Positions 1 to 9,686 are shown, numbered from the stretch's first letter. The stretch is DNA of 33,260 nt from a virus (IMGVR_UViG_3300036939_000084:1-33260); one strand, 5' to 3'. Program-made: numbers and translations. Notes: a model not told the origin generated them from the letters alone.

Positions 1-177
1 GTAAAAAATAGAAGCACCGACGAAGAGTTTCTTGCCTTAAGCACTGATAAAGACCCTGACCACATTGGTTGGAAATTCGTAAAAAAGGGTAGAGGATACC
101 TGCCAGCTAGTGAACTATCGAGTGAACTACAAGAAAAACTACTAACTTGGCTTAAAGAGAATTTTCCTGAGTATTAA
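1..177 (+). CDS. 3' end of a truncated ORF, unknown product
   Basis: Frame 1 is open from the window edge to TAA at 175-177 (...LQEKLLTWLKENFPEY*). Confidence 0.55.
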   Translation, partial: VKNRSTDEEFLALSTDKDPDHIGWKFVKKGRGYLPASELSSELQEKLLTWLKENFPEY

Positions 178-273
178 TTCAGAGCATTAATCAAGAGTGT
201 ATGAGAGTGAGCTAGAGCTGCCCAAAGCCATACGCAGTAAAGATTTGTCACTCATAACGGTTTTTTTTATCAT

Positions 274-299
274 CTCCACTGTTGACGTCAACAGTGGAG
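274..299. repeat. Perfect 26-bp palindrome
   Basis: CTCCACTGTTGAC|GTCAACAGTGGAG is its own reverse complement. Confidence 0.95.
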
Positions 300-534
300 C
301 TTCTCTATTAACAGGAAATTGGCTCAGGGACAGGATTAGGACGATCATGTCGTCGAATGTTCGATGACATAACTTCTCGTATTCCCTCGTGATTACTCCA
401 ATAGTGAGTGGAGCAGGGTTGTCAAGGGCGGAGCGAATGCGGAGAGCGAAGCGTCCCTTGATGAGCCTGCGGAACGAACTACACTACGTAGCCGAGGGAA
501 TAGCTTATCAATCAATCCGATTAAATTTTGATAA

Positions 535-597
535 TAAAAAACCCAAGACCTTTAGTTATAGCTTAGGTATTGGGTCGTGACAATATTTAGCTTCATT
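535..597 (-). ncRNA. Candidate ~60-nt antisense (antitoxin-like) sRNA
   Basis: Minus strand shows a TATCAT -10 box at 604-609, the complement of the 23-bp repeat, then an ACCCAATACCT/AGGTCTTGGGT hairpin with a T-run. Confidence 0.4.
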
Positions 598-763
598 GGC
601 ACCATGATACGAAGAAAAAAGATATCTCTCCGGAAAAGTGCTGGTGGGGATAACCGGACTTGACGGCTCTGATTTCGCTCATTTCTTCTAGTCAAATAAC
701 CAGGTAAGCTATCGGGTTAAGTCCCTAAGCAAAGGCTTGATGGGTCGTGACAATATTTAGCTT
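571..763 (+). repeat. 23-bp direct repeat TGGGTCGTGACAATATTTAGCTT (571-593 and 741-763)
   Basis: Two identical copies 170 bp apart. Confidence 0.95.
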
Positions 764-892
764 TGTTCAATGACTAGCTTTCCTAAATTTCGGTTTTTTG
801 GAAAACCTAGTTGTGTTTTGAGTTGCGATCTCCACTTGCTACTGGCTTAGGACTATTGACTATCCAAAGTAAATTTAAGGAGATATCAGCAA

Positions 893-1093
893 GTGGAAAA
901 ATCAAAACGCATCATTGCGCTGAAAAGCATTTTGTTTGCTTCGGTTGCAACCACAGCTATGCTTTTTGCTATCAGCCTTGGTGACTCTGTTGAGATTAAT
1001 GTTCGACCTGGATCGATCCAAGTCAAAGTAGACACCAATGGTTGCCGTTGCCTAATGGATACTTTGCCACCGACCAAGAACGTAAAAGGGTAG
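893..1093 (+). CDS. Small single-TM protein, candidate Hok-like type I toxin
   Basis: AAGGAG RBS at 877-882, GTG start, basic N-terminus, hydrophobic helix ILFASVATTAMLFAISL, then a beta-like SVEINVRPGSIQVKV segment. Confidence 0.5.
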   Translation: MEKSKRIIALKSILFASVATTAMLFAISLGDSVEINVRPGSIQVKVDTNGCRCLMDTLPPTKNVKG

Positions 1094-1191
1094 CTCCTTC
1101 ACTTGTCGCCATAATAAAGGTTTAATAAAAAACGCCCCAGGCGGGAGCGATCACCTCTAATTCCGCAAACTGTTTTCGCAATTTGCAAATA

Positions 1192-1228
1192 GCAAGAGAA
1201 GCCCCCTTGCTGAGGAGGCTTCTCTTGC
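1192..1228 (-). terminator. Long hairpin after the 84-aa gene
   Basis: GCAAGAGAAGCC...GGCTTCTCTTGC inverted repeat directly after the stop codon. Confidence 0.65.
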
Positions 1229-1231
1229 AAC

Positions 1232-1486
1232 CTAGTTGATTGTTGAGCCAAATTTACCGTAGCGGCGAATCCTGGCGTTGGAGCTGACAGGTTTAAAACG
1301 CTTAATATCTTCTAGCCGATCATGTCCTTTGACAGGAATCAATTCGCCATTTCCTAGATAAACGAAATATCCAGGACTAGTTTCTCGTTTTGTCACTTCC
1401 CTTACGGCAATTCCGTCAACAAAGAAATTAATCTCTTCCTTGGTCTTGCCTACCAAATTTCTGATGTTAGTCATCGTTTTATGCAT
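1232..1486 (-). CDS. Hypothetical protein (cassette gene)
   Basis: ORF with its own TGTGATAAAAT promoter motif upstream and a hairpin downstream. Confidence 0.7.
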   Translation of the reverse strand: MHKTMTNIRNLVGKTKEEINFFVDGIAVREVTKRETSPGYFVYLGNGELIPVKGHDRLEDIKRFKPVSSNARIRRYGKFGSTIN

Positions 1487-1613
1487 GTGCTTGTTGTTAC
1501 ATGTTTATTTTATCACATTATTAGTTATATTAAAACTTTAATATAAAAAATCGCTCCCGTTGTGGGAGCGATCGCCTCTAATTCCGCAAACTGTTTTCGC
1601 AAATTGCAAAACA

Positions 1614-3803
1614 CTAGCTTTGCAGACGAGAAGCGAGCTTGGTGTTTCTGGCTTGAATCTTGTTGGTCTTCACCGCAACCTGCAAGGGCTTCTCTTCGCC
1701 GACGAGGATAACCAGCTTCTTTGCACGAGTCACACCCGTGTAAAGAAGGTTCCGCTGCAACATCATGTACTGCTGCATGGAGACAGGAATGATTACGACG
1801 GGAAACTCCGCGCCTTGGGCTTTATGCACCGAAATGCTGTAGGCCAGCATTAAGTCGCTCAAATCGGAAAAGGTGTATTTGACTAGCCGCCCTTCTGGAT
1901 TGTCCAGATCGGGGAAACGGATCTGCACCTCTTTCTCCTTGATGTCCAGCTTCTCAATCTTGCCGATGTCGCCGTTGAAGACGCGCTTGTCATAGTTGTT
2001 ATGGCATTGAATTACGCGATCACCAACCCTGAATTGCCCTTGTTCTATCTTTCCCCCAGCCTTGGGATTCCAAGCCTCTTGAATCAACTTGTTCAACTCG
2101 ATATTGCCGCAATCACCCTTATGCATGGGAGACAGACACTGAATATCGTCTTTGTTCCAACCCAACTCAGGTAGCTTCTCAGAAACCAGCCATTTGATTG
2201 CTGATGGAATTTGCCCCTGGGAACAGTTAACCCAAAGGGCGTCGGTAGTAGGAATACCAGATGAGCGACCGATTTGTTCCAGAACAGGCATCTCTCCCTT
2301 ATTAATCATTAGCGAAGCCTGGATGATGCGACTCGTTGCCGCTTGGCGGAATATTTCGGTTAGTCGAGCCACAGGAATTTCACCAGAAGCAATGATGTCC
2401 CGAAGAACGTTCCCAGCTCCCACTGACGGAAGCTGATTTACGTCGCCCACTATAGCAACTGAGGCATGGGGCGGAATAGCCTCAAACAATGCATAGGCTA
2501 GTAGCAGGTCAACCATAGAGGATTCATCGATCAGAAATGCATCACCAGGAACGGGGTTATCTCGGTTGTGCGTAAATCCGTTTCCCGTCCAGCCGAGCAA
2601 GCGATGAATTGTACTCGCATTGGTTAAGCCAGTGGCTTCTCGAATACGTTGTGCAGCTTTGCCTGTTGGCGCGATCGCGACTATTCTTTTATTAAGTTTG
2701 TGCCAATATTCGGCGATCGCTTTTGATACCGTGGATTTTCCGACGCCGGCCCCACCTGTAATTACTGTTAAACCATTCGACTCAACGGTAACAACAGCAT
2801 TCTTCTGACCTGCTGCCAACTGAATACCATTTTTGTCCTGACATTGTCGCAACCATTCATCTATACTTACTGCGTTGATTGCGCCACTAAGTTGTTTAAT
2901 CTTCTGAGCAAGTTCAACTTCTGCCTGATGGTACGAAGCCAGATAGACATCTTCCTCTTCTTCCACCAATCGTTTGTGGAACTTAGTTTTAATTGATTTG
3001 AGCTTAGTTATAGATTCTATTACTTCTTCTGTTTGAGGCTGATATCCAGGAAGAGCAATCAATTCTTTCACCATTGATTCCAGTTCGGGGCGAGGTAGGA
3101 AGCAGTGTCCATACATGTTCGCCACACCCCTCAAGACGTGAAGGATTGCAGCCTGAATGCGGATAGACGAATTTGGATCTATTTCCAGTCCAAGTGCTAC
3201 TTCATCCGCTTTTTTAAACCCAAATCCACGAACCTCTTCAGCGAGGATGTATGGATCAGCCTTGATTCTCTGAATCGAATCTTCTCTGTACTCCTTATAA
3301 ATCCGAGGAGCGTAGCTAGCCGAGACCCCAAGCTTATGTAGAAATCCGATCAATCTACTCAATCCTTTGGTTTCGTTGAAGGATTTGATAATTCCGGGCA
3401 GGTTTTTTACACCGATACCCCGAATGGTTAGGAGTTGGTCTGGATCTTCCTCAAATACGAGTAATGTATTTTCTCCAAATTTCTCAACAATTTTTCGAGC
3501 GGTAGATTCTCCCAGCCCCTTCAGGGTCGAGATATATGCGACTAGCGCTGTGTCTCCTGTTGGGTCGGGGATTTCGTAAGACACAAAATTAAACTGCTCA
3601 CCATAGCGGGGATGTGTTTTCCAGTTCCCGCGCAAGGTTACCCTTAAACCTTTTTCCGCATCTGGCATAACGCCGGATGCGGTAGTAATTTTGAAGTCGT
3701 CGTCAGCTATTCTCAGGACGACGTACCCAGTATCAGCAGCCTTGAAGGTGACAGTGTTGATAAACCCTACCAGCTCAATTGTCTGAACGCCTTGCGCTTG
3801 CAT
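1614..3803 (-). CDS. recD2: ATP-dependent RecD2-like SF1B DNA helicase
   Basis: N-terminal OB fold (HPRYGEQF), HhH repeats, Walker A GGAGVGKS, IDESSM, GDVNQLPSVG, LTEIFRQA, YSISVHKAQG and LYTGVTRAK. Confidence 0.95.
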   Translation of the reverse strand: MQAQGVQTIELVGFINTVTFKAADTGYVVLRIADDDFKITTASGVMPDAEKGLRVTLRGNWKTHPRYGEQFNFVSYEIPDPTGDTALVAYISTLKGLGESTARKIVEKFGENTLLVFEEDPDQLLTIRGIGVKNLPGIIKSFNETKGLSRLIGFLHKLGVSASYAPRIYKEYREDSIQRIKADPYILAEEVRGFGFKKADEVALGLEIDPNSSIRIQAAILHVLRGVANMYGHCFLPRPELESMVKELIALPGYQPQTEEVIESITKLKSIKTKFHKRLVEEEEDVYLASYHQAEVELAQKIKQLSGAINAVSIDEWLRQCQDKNGIQLAAGQKNAVVTVESNGLTVITGGAGVGKSTVSKAIAEYWHKLNKRIVAIAPTGKAAQRIREATGLTNASTIHRLLGWTGNGFTHNRDNPVPGDAFLIDESSMVDLLLAYALFEAIPPHASVAIVGDVNQLPSVGAGNVLRDIIASGEIPVARLTEIFRQAATSRIIQASLMINKGEMPVLEQIGRSSGIPTTDALWVNCSQGQIPSAIKWLVSEKLPELGWNKDDIQCLSPMHKGDCGNIELNKLIQEAWNPKAGGKIEQGQFRVGDRVIQCHNNYDKRVFNGDIGKIEKLDIKEKEVQIRFPDLDNPEGRLVKYTFSDLSDLMLAYSISVHKAQGAEFPVVIIPVSMQQYMMLQRNLLYTGVTRAKKLVILVGEEKPLQVAVKTNKIQARNTKLASRLQS

Positions 3804-3960
3804 AATTTTCCTTCATTTGTCCTTTTCACTACGTTAGCATAAATGTGATAAATTAACTATATAATCTAAATTGGTAATAAACCTTTAATAAGAAAATCGC
3901 CCCCAGATGGGAGCGATCGCAAATCCTCTAATTCCCCTTGCCTTTCGCAAATTGCAAAAC

Positions 3961-4404
3961 CTAGTCCTTATCGAACTGACTCTCTGTTCTTTCTGTACTC
4001 CAAGAAAATTTGCCGTACCGGAACTTGAGGACGATTTCGGTAGAGACTATGCGGTCATTTTTAAGGGCTTCAATCATTGATGGGATGATGCCTTCACAGT
4101 GGCGCAGGACTCGCTGCATTTCTTGACTTTTTTGCTCTTGCCAGCCTTCTAGGAGCTTGGCGCGGGCATTTTGGGGCTTAAAATCGTCTATCCAGTCCAG
4201 TCGCTGCTTTTCATTGTCGGTCTCTTGAATCAGGATGTCATCGCTCTTTTTCCGGAGGATGATGCTGATCTCACTCATCACGTTCCCCTGACCTTTATCA
4301 AGCGCCCGACCAATGTAGGGTTTTAAAGCGGATATCAGCTCTCCAGGAGATTTCTCTTGCTTTTTGCGGGAGCGAAGGCTAACAAATTTTGCCGTTGAAA
4401 CCAT
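3961..4404 (-). CDS. Hypothetical protein
   Basis: 147-aa ORF starting 3 bp after the gp25-like gene and followed by the composite repeat. Confidence 0.75.
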   Translation of the reverse strand: MVSTAKFVSLRSRKKQEKSPGELISALKPYIGRALDKGQGNVMSEISIILRKKSDDILIQETDNEKQRLDWIDDFKPQNARAKLLEGWQEQKSQEMQRVLRHCEGIIPSMIEALKNDRIVSTEIVLKFRYGKFSWSTERTESQFDKD

Positions 4405-4407
4405 TTT

Positions 4408-4884
4408 TCAGAATCTGCGTAGGGGATACTCATCAAGGTAAAGCTCGTCTAGAAACTGCTGGATTTCGCCATTCCAGATTGCGCCCTGATAAGCGTAATA
4501 GGGGAATGTTAGCAAATGGCGATCAGGTTCACTTTTAGGAGTGAAGTAAATTTCTGTTCGGAGTGCGTTTTGAAAGGCGGTGTACTCGCTGACTCTCACA
4601 ACCAACTCGTCTAATCCGGCTACCCATTTGCGAATTTCCAGCTCGGCGTTGTAAATCCAGTACTCAGGTGCGTAATTCGACAAAGGCTCAAATAACTCCG
4701 GTGCCATGCCGAAATCTGGGTGTAGGGGATTTTCTCCTTTGCGGATGAGGCAGACAGATATGATGCTGTGAGAAATCGTTCTTACACCCGACACAATGTT
4801 CATATTCCCATATTGGTCATATGGGAGCCACAGTGACCAGGCGTTGCCATAAAAATTGTAAGAATTTGAAGAGAGTAATGGCAT
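4408..4884 (-). CDS. GPW/gp25-family baseplate wedge (sheath initiator) protein
   Basis: Motif SIISVCLIRKGENPLHPDFGMAPELFEPL matches the gp25 pattern I..il.T..GE....P.FG.....FEP. Confidence 0.8.
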   Translation of the reverse strand: MPLLSSNSYNFYGNAWSLWLPYDQYGNMNIVSGVRTISHSIISVCLIRKGENPLHPDFGMAPELFEPLSNYAPEYWIYNAELEIRKWVAGLDELVVRVSEYTAFQNALRTEIYFTPKSEPDRHLLTFPYYAYQGAIWNGEIQQFLDELYLDEYPLRRF

Positions 4885-5048
4885 TAAAGCAAAACGCCGA
4901 CTGCGCTAGTCGGCGTCTCGTAAAGAGGTTGATGTTGATTGTTGTGAAAATTATACCAATGGGTTTTCCACAACTTTATTAACATGGGGAATCATATTAA
5001 AGGTTTAATAAGAAATCGCCCACCTATAAGAGGTGAGCGATTTCTTTG

Positions 5049-5333
5049 TTAGATACTAATAAAAACCCGTTCTGCTAACAACAACTGTAAGGCTTGATAC
5101 CTGGTTGTTTTTGCTTGATTCATTTTGTCGCAGATCTTGTCAGTCCAGTCAATGACTACGATCGGAACATCTTCTTCGCCAGTTGCGGCGACAATAGATT
5201 CTCTGACAATGTCGAGAAGAGCTTCTTCTCCGACTTCTGCAACATCTCTTCCATATATCAATCCGCAAACTATTTTGTTGTTTACAACGATAAAGAAATC
5301 GTCAGAGTGACATATTTGTTCGATAGTGATCAT
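5049..5333 (-). CDS. Hypothetical protein (cassette gene)
   Basis: Own promoter motif, and terminator hairpin at 5010-5046. Confidence 0.7.
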   Translation of the reverse strand: MITIEQICHSDDFFIVVNNKIVCGLIYGRDVAEVGEEALLDIVRESIVAATGEEDVPIVVIDWTDKICDKMNQAKTTRYQALQLLLAERVFISI

Positions 5334-5432
5334 GTGGTTTCCTTTTAAACTATGTTTATTTTATCACATTTTATGGCAATATGCTACAAAAGAAATCGCT
5401 CACCTATTATGGGTGAGCGATCGCACAACAAA

Positions 5433-5879
5433 TTAATTAATCCGATAAAGAAGTAGACTATCTTTATCCTTACTGCCGAGACCAAGTGCGCCTAGTAGCT
5501 GTCCCCAGTACTCGAAGTCAATATCATCTAGATCTATTTCATCCCCATCGTAGGGAGAGAGGAAATGTCCTCGACCGTCTTCTGATATCGCGTCACGAAC
5601 AAATTCATCAATATCTTCGATGATTGCCGCGATTGTGTCGTTAGCACCCTCGCACTTAGTGGCTTGGAAGTTACGAATCATCTCTTCCGCTTCATAAGGA
5701 AGCTTTGAGTGTCGCAAGATAAATTCAGTATTGAAAGCCCAGAGGCTTTCTTTTACATATTCACCTGCCGCCTCATCAGCTTCTTCTTCTGAGGTTGCTA
5801 CGGCATATTCTTTGCCGTCAAATTCAAAAACTGGAAGTCCGTAGTGGTCATAACGACGCTTTTTGATTACTTCAGTCAT
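5433..5879 (-). CDS. Highly acidic phage protein, possible DNA mimic or anti-defence protein
   Basis: D/E-rich, DGRGHFLSPYDGDE motif, own promoter plus box A, downstream hairpin. Confidence 0.7.
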   Translation of the reverse strand: MTEVIKKRRYDHYGLPVFEFDGKEYAVATSEEEADEAAGEYVKESLWAFNTEFILRHSKLPYEAEEMIRNFQATKCEGANDTIAAIIEDIDEFVRDAISEDGRGHFLSPYDGDEIDLDDIDFEYWGQLLGALGLGSKDKDSLLLYRIN

Positions 5880-6006
5880 GATAGTTTTCTTTTGTTGTTT
5901 ACATATATTATTTTATCACATTTTTATATTAAATCTTTAATAAAAATAGCCCATCTATCATAGATGGGCTATCACTGCCTAATTGATTTTGCAATTTGCA
6001 CTCATA

Positions 6007-6810
6007 CTATTCGGCTTTTCTGTCTACGATTGGGATGATATTCCGAGCCAGGGATTCTTTTACAGCGTCGAGTGGTTTCAATCCCTGATAGACGACAAGG
6101 CGTGCGCCCAGTTCTTCAACCTGGGAAATCCAGCGCAATTCGTCTGTCGTCAGTGCATCTCTCAGCTTACTCCGGTCTTTAACCTGGAGATCGAGACAAA
6201 GCTTCTTAGCTGTACGACCAAACAAGCCAATATTCAAGGCGTCAGAACAATGTTTATACATCCATTGTTTGGCGTTTTCTGAAAGTTCATCTTTGTGTTT
6301 TTCGATGTACCATTGGACAGCATCGGTCATGTCTAAGCGAACTTGCTTGCCTTCCTGTCGTTTCTTCAACCAGTCTTGGCGATCTTCTTGATCGAATTGA
6401 ATCCCAAAGGCGTCACAGAATGCTTGTTGCAATGACAATCCAGCTAAGTCAATCAATAACTCTGTAGCAGTGCCACTTCCAAGCCTTGAGCAGATCTTGA
6501 GGAACAAGGGAAGTTTTCCAACACTAAGTAAATCGGCTTTTTCGTTAGCCCCTTCAATCGAGACCTTTGGATGTACTAAAAGTCCTTGTGGAGCAAGGGT
6601 TTTAGCCTCTTCCGAAGATGCTGCGCGGATGTACCGTTTTGCTGCTTGACTCCGCTCATATTCTGGATAAGCCAAAAGAACAGCCTGTGTTTTACTAACA
6701 CCGAACTTGTTCGTTGGAGTCCATAAGTTTTCTGGCAACAAATATCCTTCGATCAAAATATTTCCAAGCGGAACTTCAGCACGAATCGCTTTTGTATTAG
6801 AATTGTCCAT
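6007..6810 (-). CDS. Antirepressor-like DNA-binding protein, paralogue 1
   Basis: ATG at 6810 chosen by alignment with paralogue 2. N-terminus resembles P63C-associated antirepressor domains. The last ~115 aa are near-identical to 14734..15531. Confidence 0.7.
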   Translation of the reverse strand: MDNSNTKAIRAEVPLGNILIEGYLLPENLWTPTNKFGVSKTQAVLLAYPEYERSQAAKRYIRAASSEEAKTLAPQGLLVHPKVSIEGANEKADLLSVGKLPLFLKICSRLGSGTATELLIDLAGLSLQQAFCDAFGIQFDQEDRQDWLKKRQEGKQVRLDMTDAVQWYIEKHKDELSENAKQWMYKHCSDALNIGLFGRTAKKLCLDLQVKDRSKLRDALTTDELRWISQVEELGARLVVYQGLKPLDAVKESLARNIIPIVDRKAE

Positions 6811-6896
6811 GTTGTTCGCCACTTGTTCTGGCGGATAGCCCCAGCCATACTTGCGATAGGGGGATGGTGAGACATCTCCTGTTTCGCGCTGGGTTT
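6811..6896 (-). ncRNA. Structured 5' leader RNA, copy 1
   Basis: Stems CCCAGC/GCTGGG, GCGA/TCGC, AGGAGATG/CATCCCCCT and CGCCA/TGGCG; TGTTAAAAT -10 upstream; conserved with copy 2. Confidence 0.65.
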
Positions 6897-7011
6897 TCAC
6901 TTCTTAATTTTAACAATTAAATTAAAAATTACTTGTCTGCAAAAATACAATTTTGAGCTTATTCTTTGCAGTAAATAATGTTTCTTACATTGCTTATATT
7001 AAAGGTTTAAT

Positions 7012-9003
7012 ATGCAAGCAAAAGATCGACCTAGATTAACAACGGCGAATAGAAGAGCGATCGCGAAAGCAACAGATCCAGGAGGAATAAGCGATCGCCG
7101 AAAATTCGCCGCCCAAATGACACGCATCAGAAAAGCCTCTACTGATCGTTGGTACAAGGAGGGTGGTCACTGGTTTCTGTCCTGGGCAAAAGAGAACTAT
7201 AGAACCTGGACAGGTGAACCTCTTCGTTGGGACGATCCCTTCTCAGAAGAGTTTTACCTTGTAATGGGAAATCCTTGGTTTGTCTCCTTATACGTTGAAA
7301 AATCGGCCCAAGTGGGATGGAGCGAAAGTGGAATAGCTTTTACAGCATTTTGCTTAGGCGCACTTCGTGTTCCTACAGCTTATGGCGTTGAACAAGAGCG
7401 CAAGCTAGGGGACATGGTAGGGCCGCGTATTCAACCAGCCCTGGACAATATTGCACCTATCCAAAAACTCAAGGTTGAGTACAAGTCTGCCGTAGGGCGT
7501 AAAGACACTGATACCAAGCAGCGGCAAATCACAGTTGGGGGAGTACTCTTAACCTGCTTCTATGCCAGTACTAGTTCTGGAGGGAAGTCCAAAGAGTCTG
7601 GTGGGCGCGGTCGTCAGGCAGCCTCTGGTCTTTCGTCGTTTACTGCTTGGGTACTGGCATGCTTGGACGAGATTGAGCTATGGCCAGCAGGAGCATTGGA
7701 TGTGGCGCGTCAACGGCAAGAGGCATCCCCTCTCCCCACTAAACCTCTTCGAGCTGGCTCCACACCGGGTCATGAGGGTGGAATTGTCGATAGTTACTCG
7801 CGTTCCGCCAAGCATTTGTTTCAGTGGGAGGTTAAATGTCCCTGCTGCGATTGCCTCCAACACATCGACCCCTTTGGCAATCTCATCCTTTCTGTTCCTG
7901 TAGACGAAGAAGGGAATGAAGTAGCCGAAAGCAGTGAGGAAGAATTCATCGATATCATGGGTCGTCCCCGCAAGTGGTTTTGTCACGATCCATTGCGCCC
8001 GGTAGAGACGGCTTATGTGGGATGTCAGCACTGTGGGAAAGAATTGAGTAAAGAGGCGATCGCAGCAGGTCGATTTACCTGCGTTAACACGGCTATCCCT
8101 TTACGAGAGCTACATGACAAGCTACTAGAACAGCAGTCCCCGCTTTACGATGACGTCGCGTTGCGGTTGCCCAAATTGGCGACAGCTCGGTTCAGTGCTC
8201 CGGAGAGAATGCGCCGCTTGATTACAACCCGAAATCCGGCTGATGAAATTCAACAGGGTCTGGGCAAGGCGGTATCGATTGGTGGGGGTCGTATTAATCT
8301 CACTCGTCTACTTCGATGCATTGGTCGTCCCTATCCTGCGGAGGCGGCTTATTGGGAGGAGTATACGGTTGTTGGCGTAGACCAGGGCATGGTTGGGAAC
8401 TGGGTTGTTGTCTGCAAGTTCTGGGTGCCAGAAGAGGGCGAGGATGATGAAGACCGCTGGTATCGCGCCTTTGTTGAAATAATCTCCTACGAGCAACTGG
8501 GAGGCGGTTTTCCTGCAATCCATCAATTGGCTTTGCGGTACGATGCCGATTTAGTTGGAATCGATAATGAACCGGAAGTGGAAAAAGCTGGGGAATATGC
8601 AAGACAGCATCCGCCTGACTATGACAACGAGGGATATGCAGTATTGATGTTTGACCAGCTCAAGCTGAATGGTCCTAAATATAAGCATTCGGACAAGAAC
8701 GTCCAGGGAGTGGAGACGCCGATTATTGCGTTGCATCGGACGGCTCAGTTGGATGCAGTGCGCGATCGCATTCATCAACTTCAATATCGATTTCCCAAGG
8801 ATTTAGTTTATGACCCAAAGGATGATGAGAATTTCATCCATCACTTGCAAACATCCGAACGGCTGAAGAACGGAACTTGGTCTGAACCCGAGGGTTCGCC
8901 CGATCACTATCATCACGCCCTGGGCTTTGCAGAGATGGCGATGCTTTATTGGCTAGTTGAGGCACCAACACCAATGGTATTTGGCACTATGAAAAGAGAT
9001 TGA
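7012..9003 (+). CDS. terL: Phage terminase large subunit (GpA family)
   Basis: KSAQVGWSE Walker A, LDEIE Walker B, GSTP coupling motif, CPCC/CQHC zinc motif, and nuclease motifs VGVDQG and PDHYHHA. Confidence 0.9.
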   Translation: MQAKDRPRLTTANRRAIAKATDPGGISDRRKFAAQMTRIRKASTDRWYKEGGHWFLSWAKENYRTWTGEPLRWDDPFSEEFYLVMGNPWFVSLYVEKSAQVGWSESGIAFTAFCLGALRVPTAYGVEQERKLGDMVGPRIQPALDNIAPIQKLKVEYKSAVGRKDTDTKQRQITVGGVLLTCFYASTSSGGKSKESGGRGRQAASGLSSFTAWVLACLDEIELWPAGALDVARQRQEASPLPTKPLRAGSTPGHEGGIVDSYSRSAKHLFQWEVKCPCCDCLQHIDPFGNLILSVPVDEEGNEVAESSEEEFIDIMGRPRKWFCHDPLRPVETAYVGCQHCGKELSKEAIAAGRFTCVNTAIPLRELHDKLLEQQSPLYDDVALRLPKLATARFSAPERMRRLITTRNPADEIQQGLGKAVSIGGGRINLTRLLRCIGRPYPAEAAYWEEYTVVGVDQGMVGNWVVVCKFWVPEEGEDDEDRWYRAFVEIISYEQLGGGFPAIHQLALRYDADLVGIDNEPEVEKAGEYARQHPPDYDNEGYAVLMFDQLKLNGPKYKHSDKNVQGVETPIIALHRTAQLDAVRDRIHQLQYRFPKDLVYDPKDDENFIHHLQTSERLKNGTWSEPEGSPDHYHHALGFAEMAMLYWLVEAPTPMVFGTMKRD

Positions 9004-9038
9004 TATGTGGTAAAATAATTAAGTAAACAAATTAAAAA

Positions 9039-9653
9039 GTGACAATGCTAGACAATTTACAAGACCTAGAAATTCAGTTAGCTCAATTACAAGCACGACT
9101 GGATTCTCATCAAGCTGTTTTCAAGGCAGAGCAAGAGCGCTTAGGGAAGGAATTTCCTAAACTGACTCAACTCAAAGATGAGGCTAAACGTCTCAATGAC
9201 GGGTGGATACCTTTTGATAAATATACCAATTTCTCAAGAAAGGAGGACGTTATCAAGTGGATCGCTAAAAAGAATATACCTTCTCCTGAAGAAACTATCG
9301 AAAAGTGGCGCGAAACCAAAAATCGCATCATTGCAACGAAGGTGGGCATGACATACGTTCAATGGAGCATATTGAACAATCTCACCTATGCAGAGTATGA
9401 AGACAGGATGTTTTGGAAAAAAAATCACAATTCGGTTTATACCGATGGTGGTCTGCATTTCTTTTACGCCGTTTTAGCAGCAGAAGAAAATTCGTTAATG
9501 GTCTACTTGGAAGGCAGAACACCTGCCGCCAAGGAGTCTGTTGTTTATCTAGCAGTACCGCCAGATGGTAATACCTACTTAGTCACAGATATTCGTTGTG
9601 AAGAGAAATACGATATTTCATCGATTCGACACGGTGAATTGAAGAGGCTCTAG
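9039..9653 (+). CDS. Hypothetical protein with N-terminal coiled coil
   Basis: Own promoter motif at 9006, terminator 9661-9686, box A downstream. Confidence 0.75.
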   Translation: MTMLDNLQDLEIQLAQLQARLDSHQAVFKAEQERLGKEFPKLTQLKDEAKRLNDGWIPFDKYTNFSRKEDVIKWIAKKNIPSPEETIEKWRETKNRIIATKVGMTYVQWSILNNLTYAEYEDRMFWKKNHNSVYTDGGLHFFYAVLAAEENSLMVYLEGRTPAAKESVVYLAVPPDGNTYLVTDIRCEEKYDISSIRHGELKRL

Positions 9654-9660
9654 TGAAGAG

Positions 9661-9686
9661 TCCGCCCCAAAAGGGGCGGATTTTTT
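9661..9686 (+). terminator. Intrinsic terminator
   Basis: TCCGCCCC-AAAA-GGGGCGGA followed by TTTTTT. Confidence 0.85.

Larger units (their letters stand above)
1112..3960. repeat. ~80-85-bp composite repeat (box A + CGCYCC/GGGAGCG hairpin + CCTCTAATTCC + box B), 3 copies
   Basis: Copies at 1112-1190, 1528-1611 and 3875-3959, each downstream of a minus-strand gene. Confidence 0.9.

Noticed and set aside
389-580. 63-aa ORF
   Set aside because: No RBS or motif, and it lies in a hairpin-rich region that looks non-coding.
571-763. CRISPR mini-array
   Set aside because: Only two repeats, a 147-bp gap, and no cas genes in the window.
1560-3579. Plus-strand ORFs over recD2, and similar shadow ORFs over terL, sheath, tnpB, SNase and spike genes
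   Set aside because: Antisense or off-frame overlaps of well-supported genes, with no motifs of their own.
1112-6003. Classical integron attC array
   Set aside because: No consistent RYYYAAC/GTTRRRY boxes, no integrase, and the genes carry their own promoters.
6811-6900. N-terminal extension of the 297-aa ORF
   Set aside because: The equivalent region upstream of the paralogue has indels and is not in the ORF call; conservation fits RNA structure.
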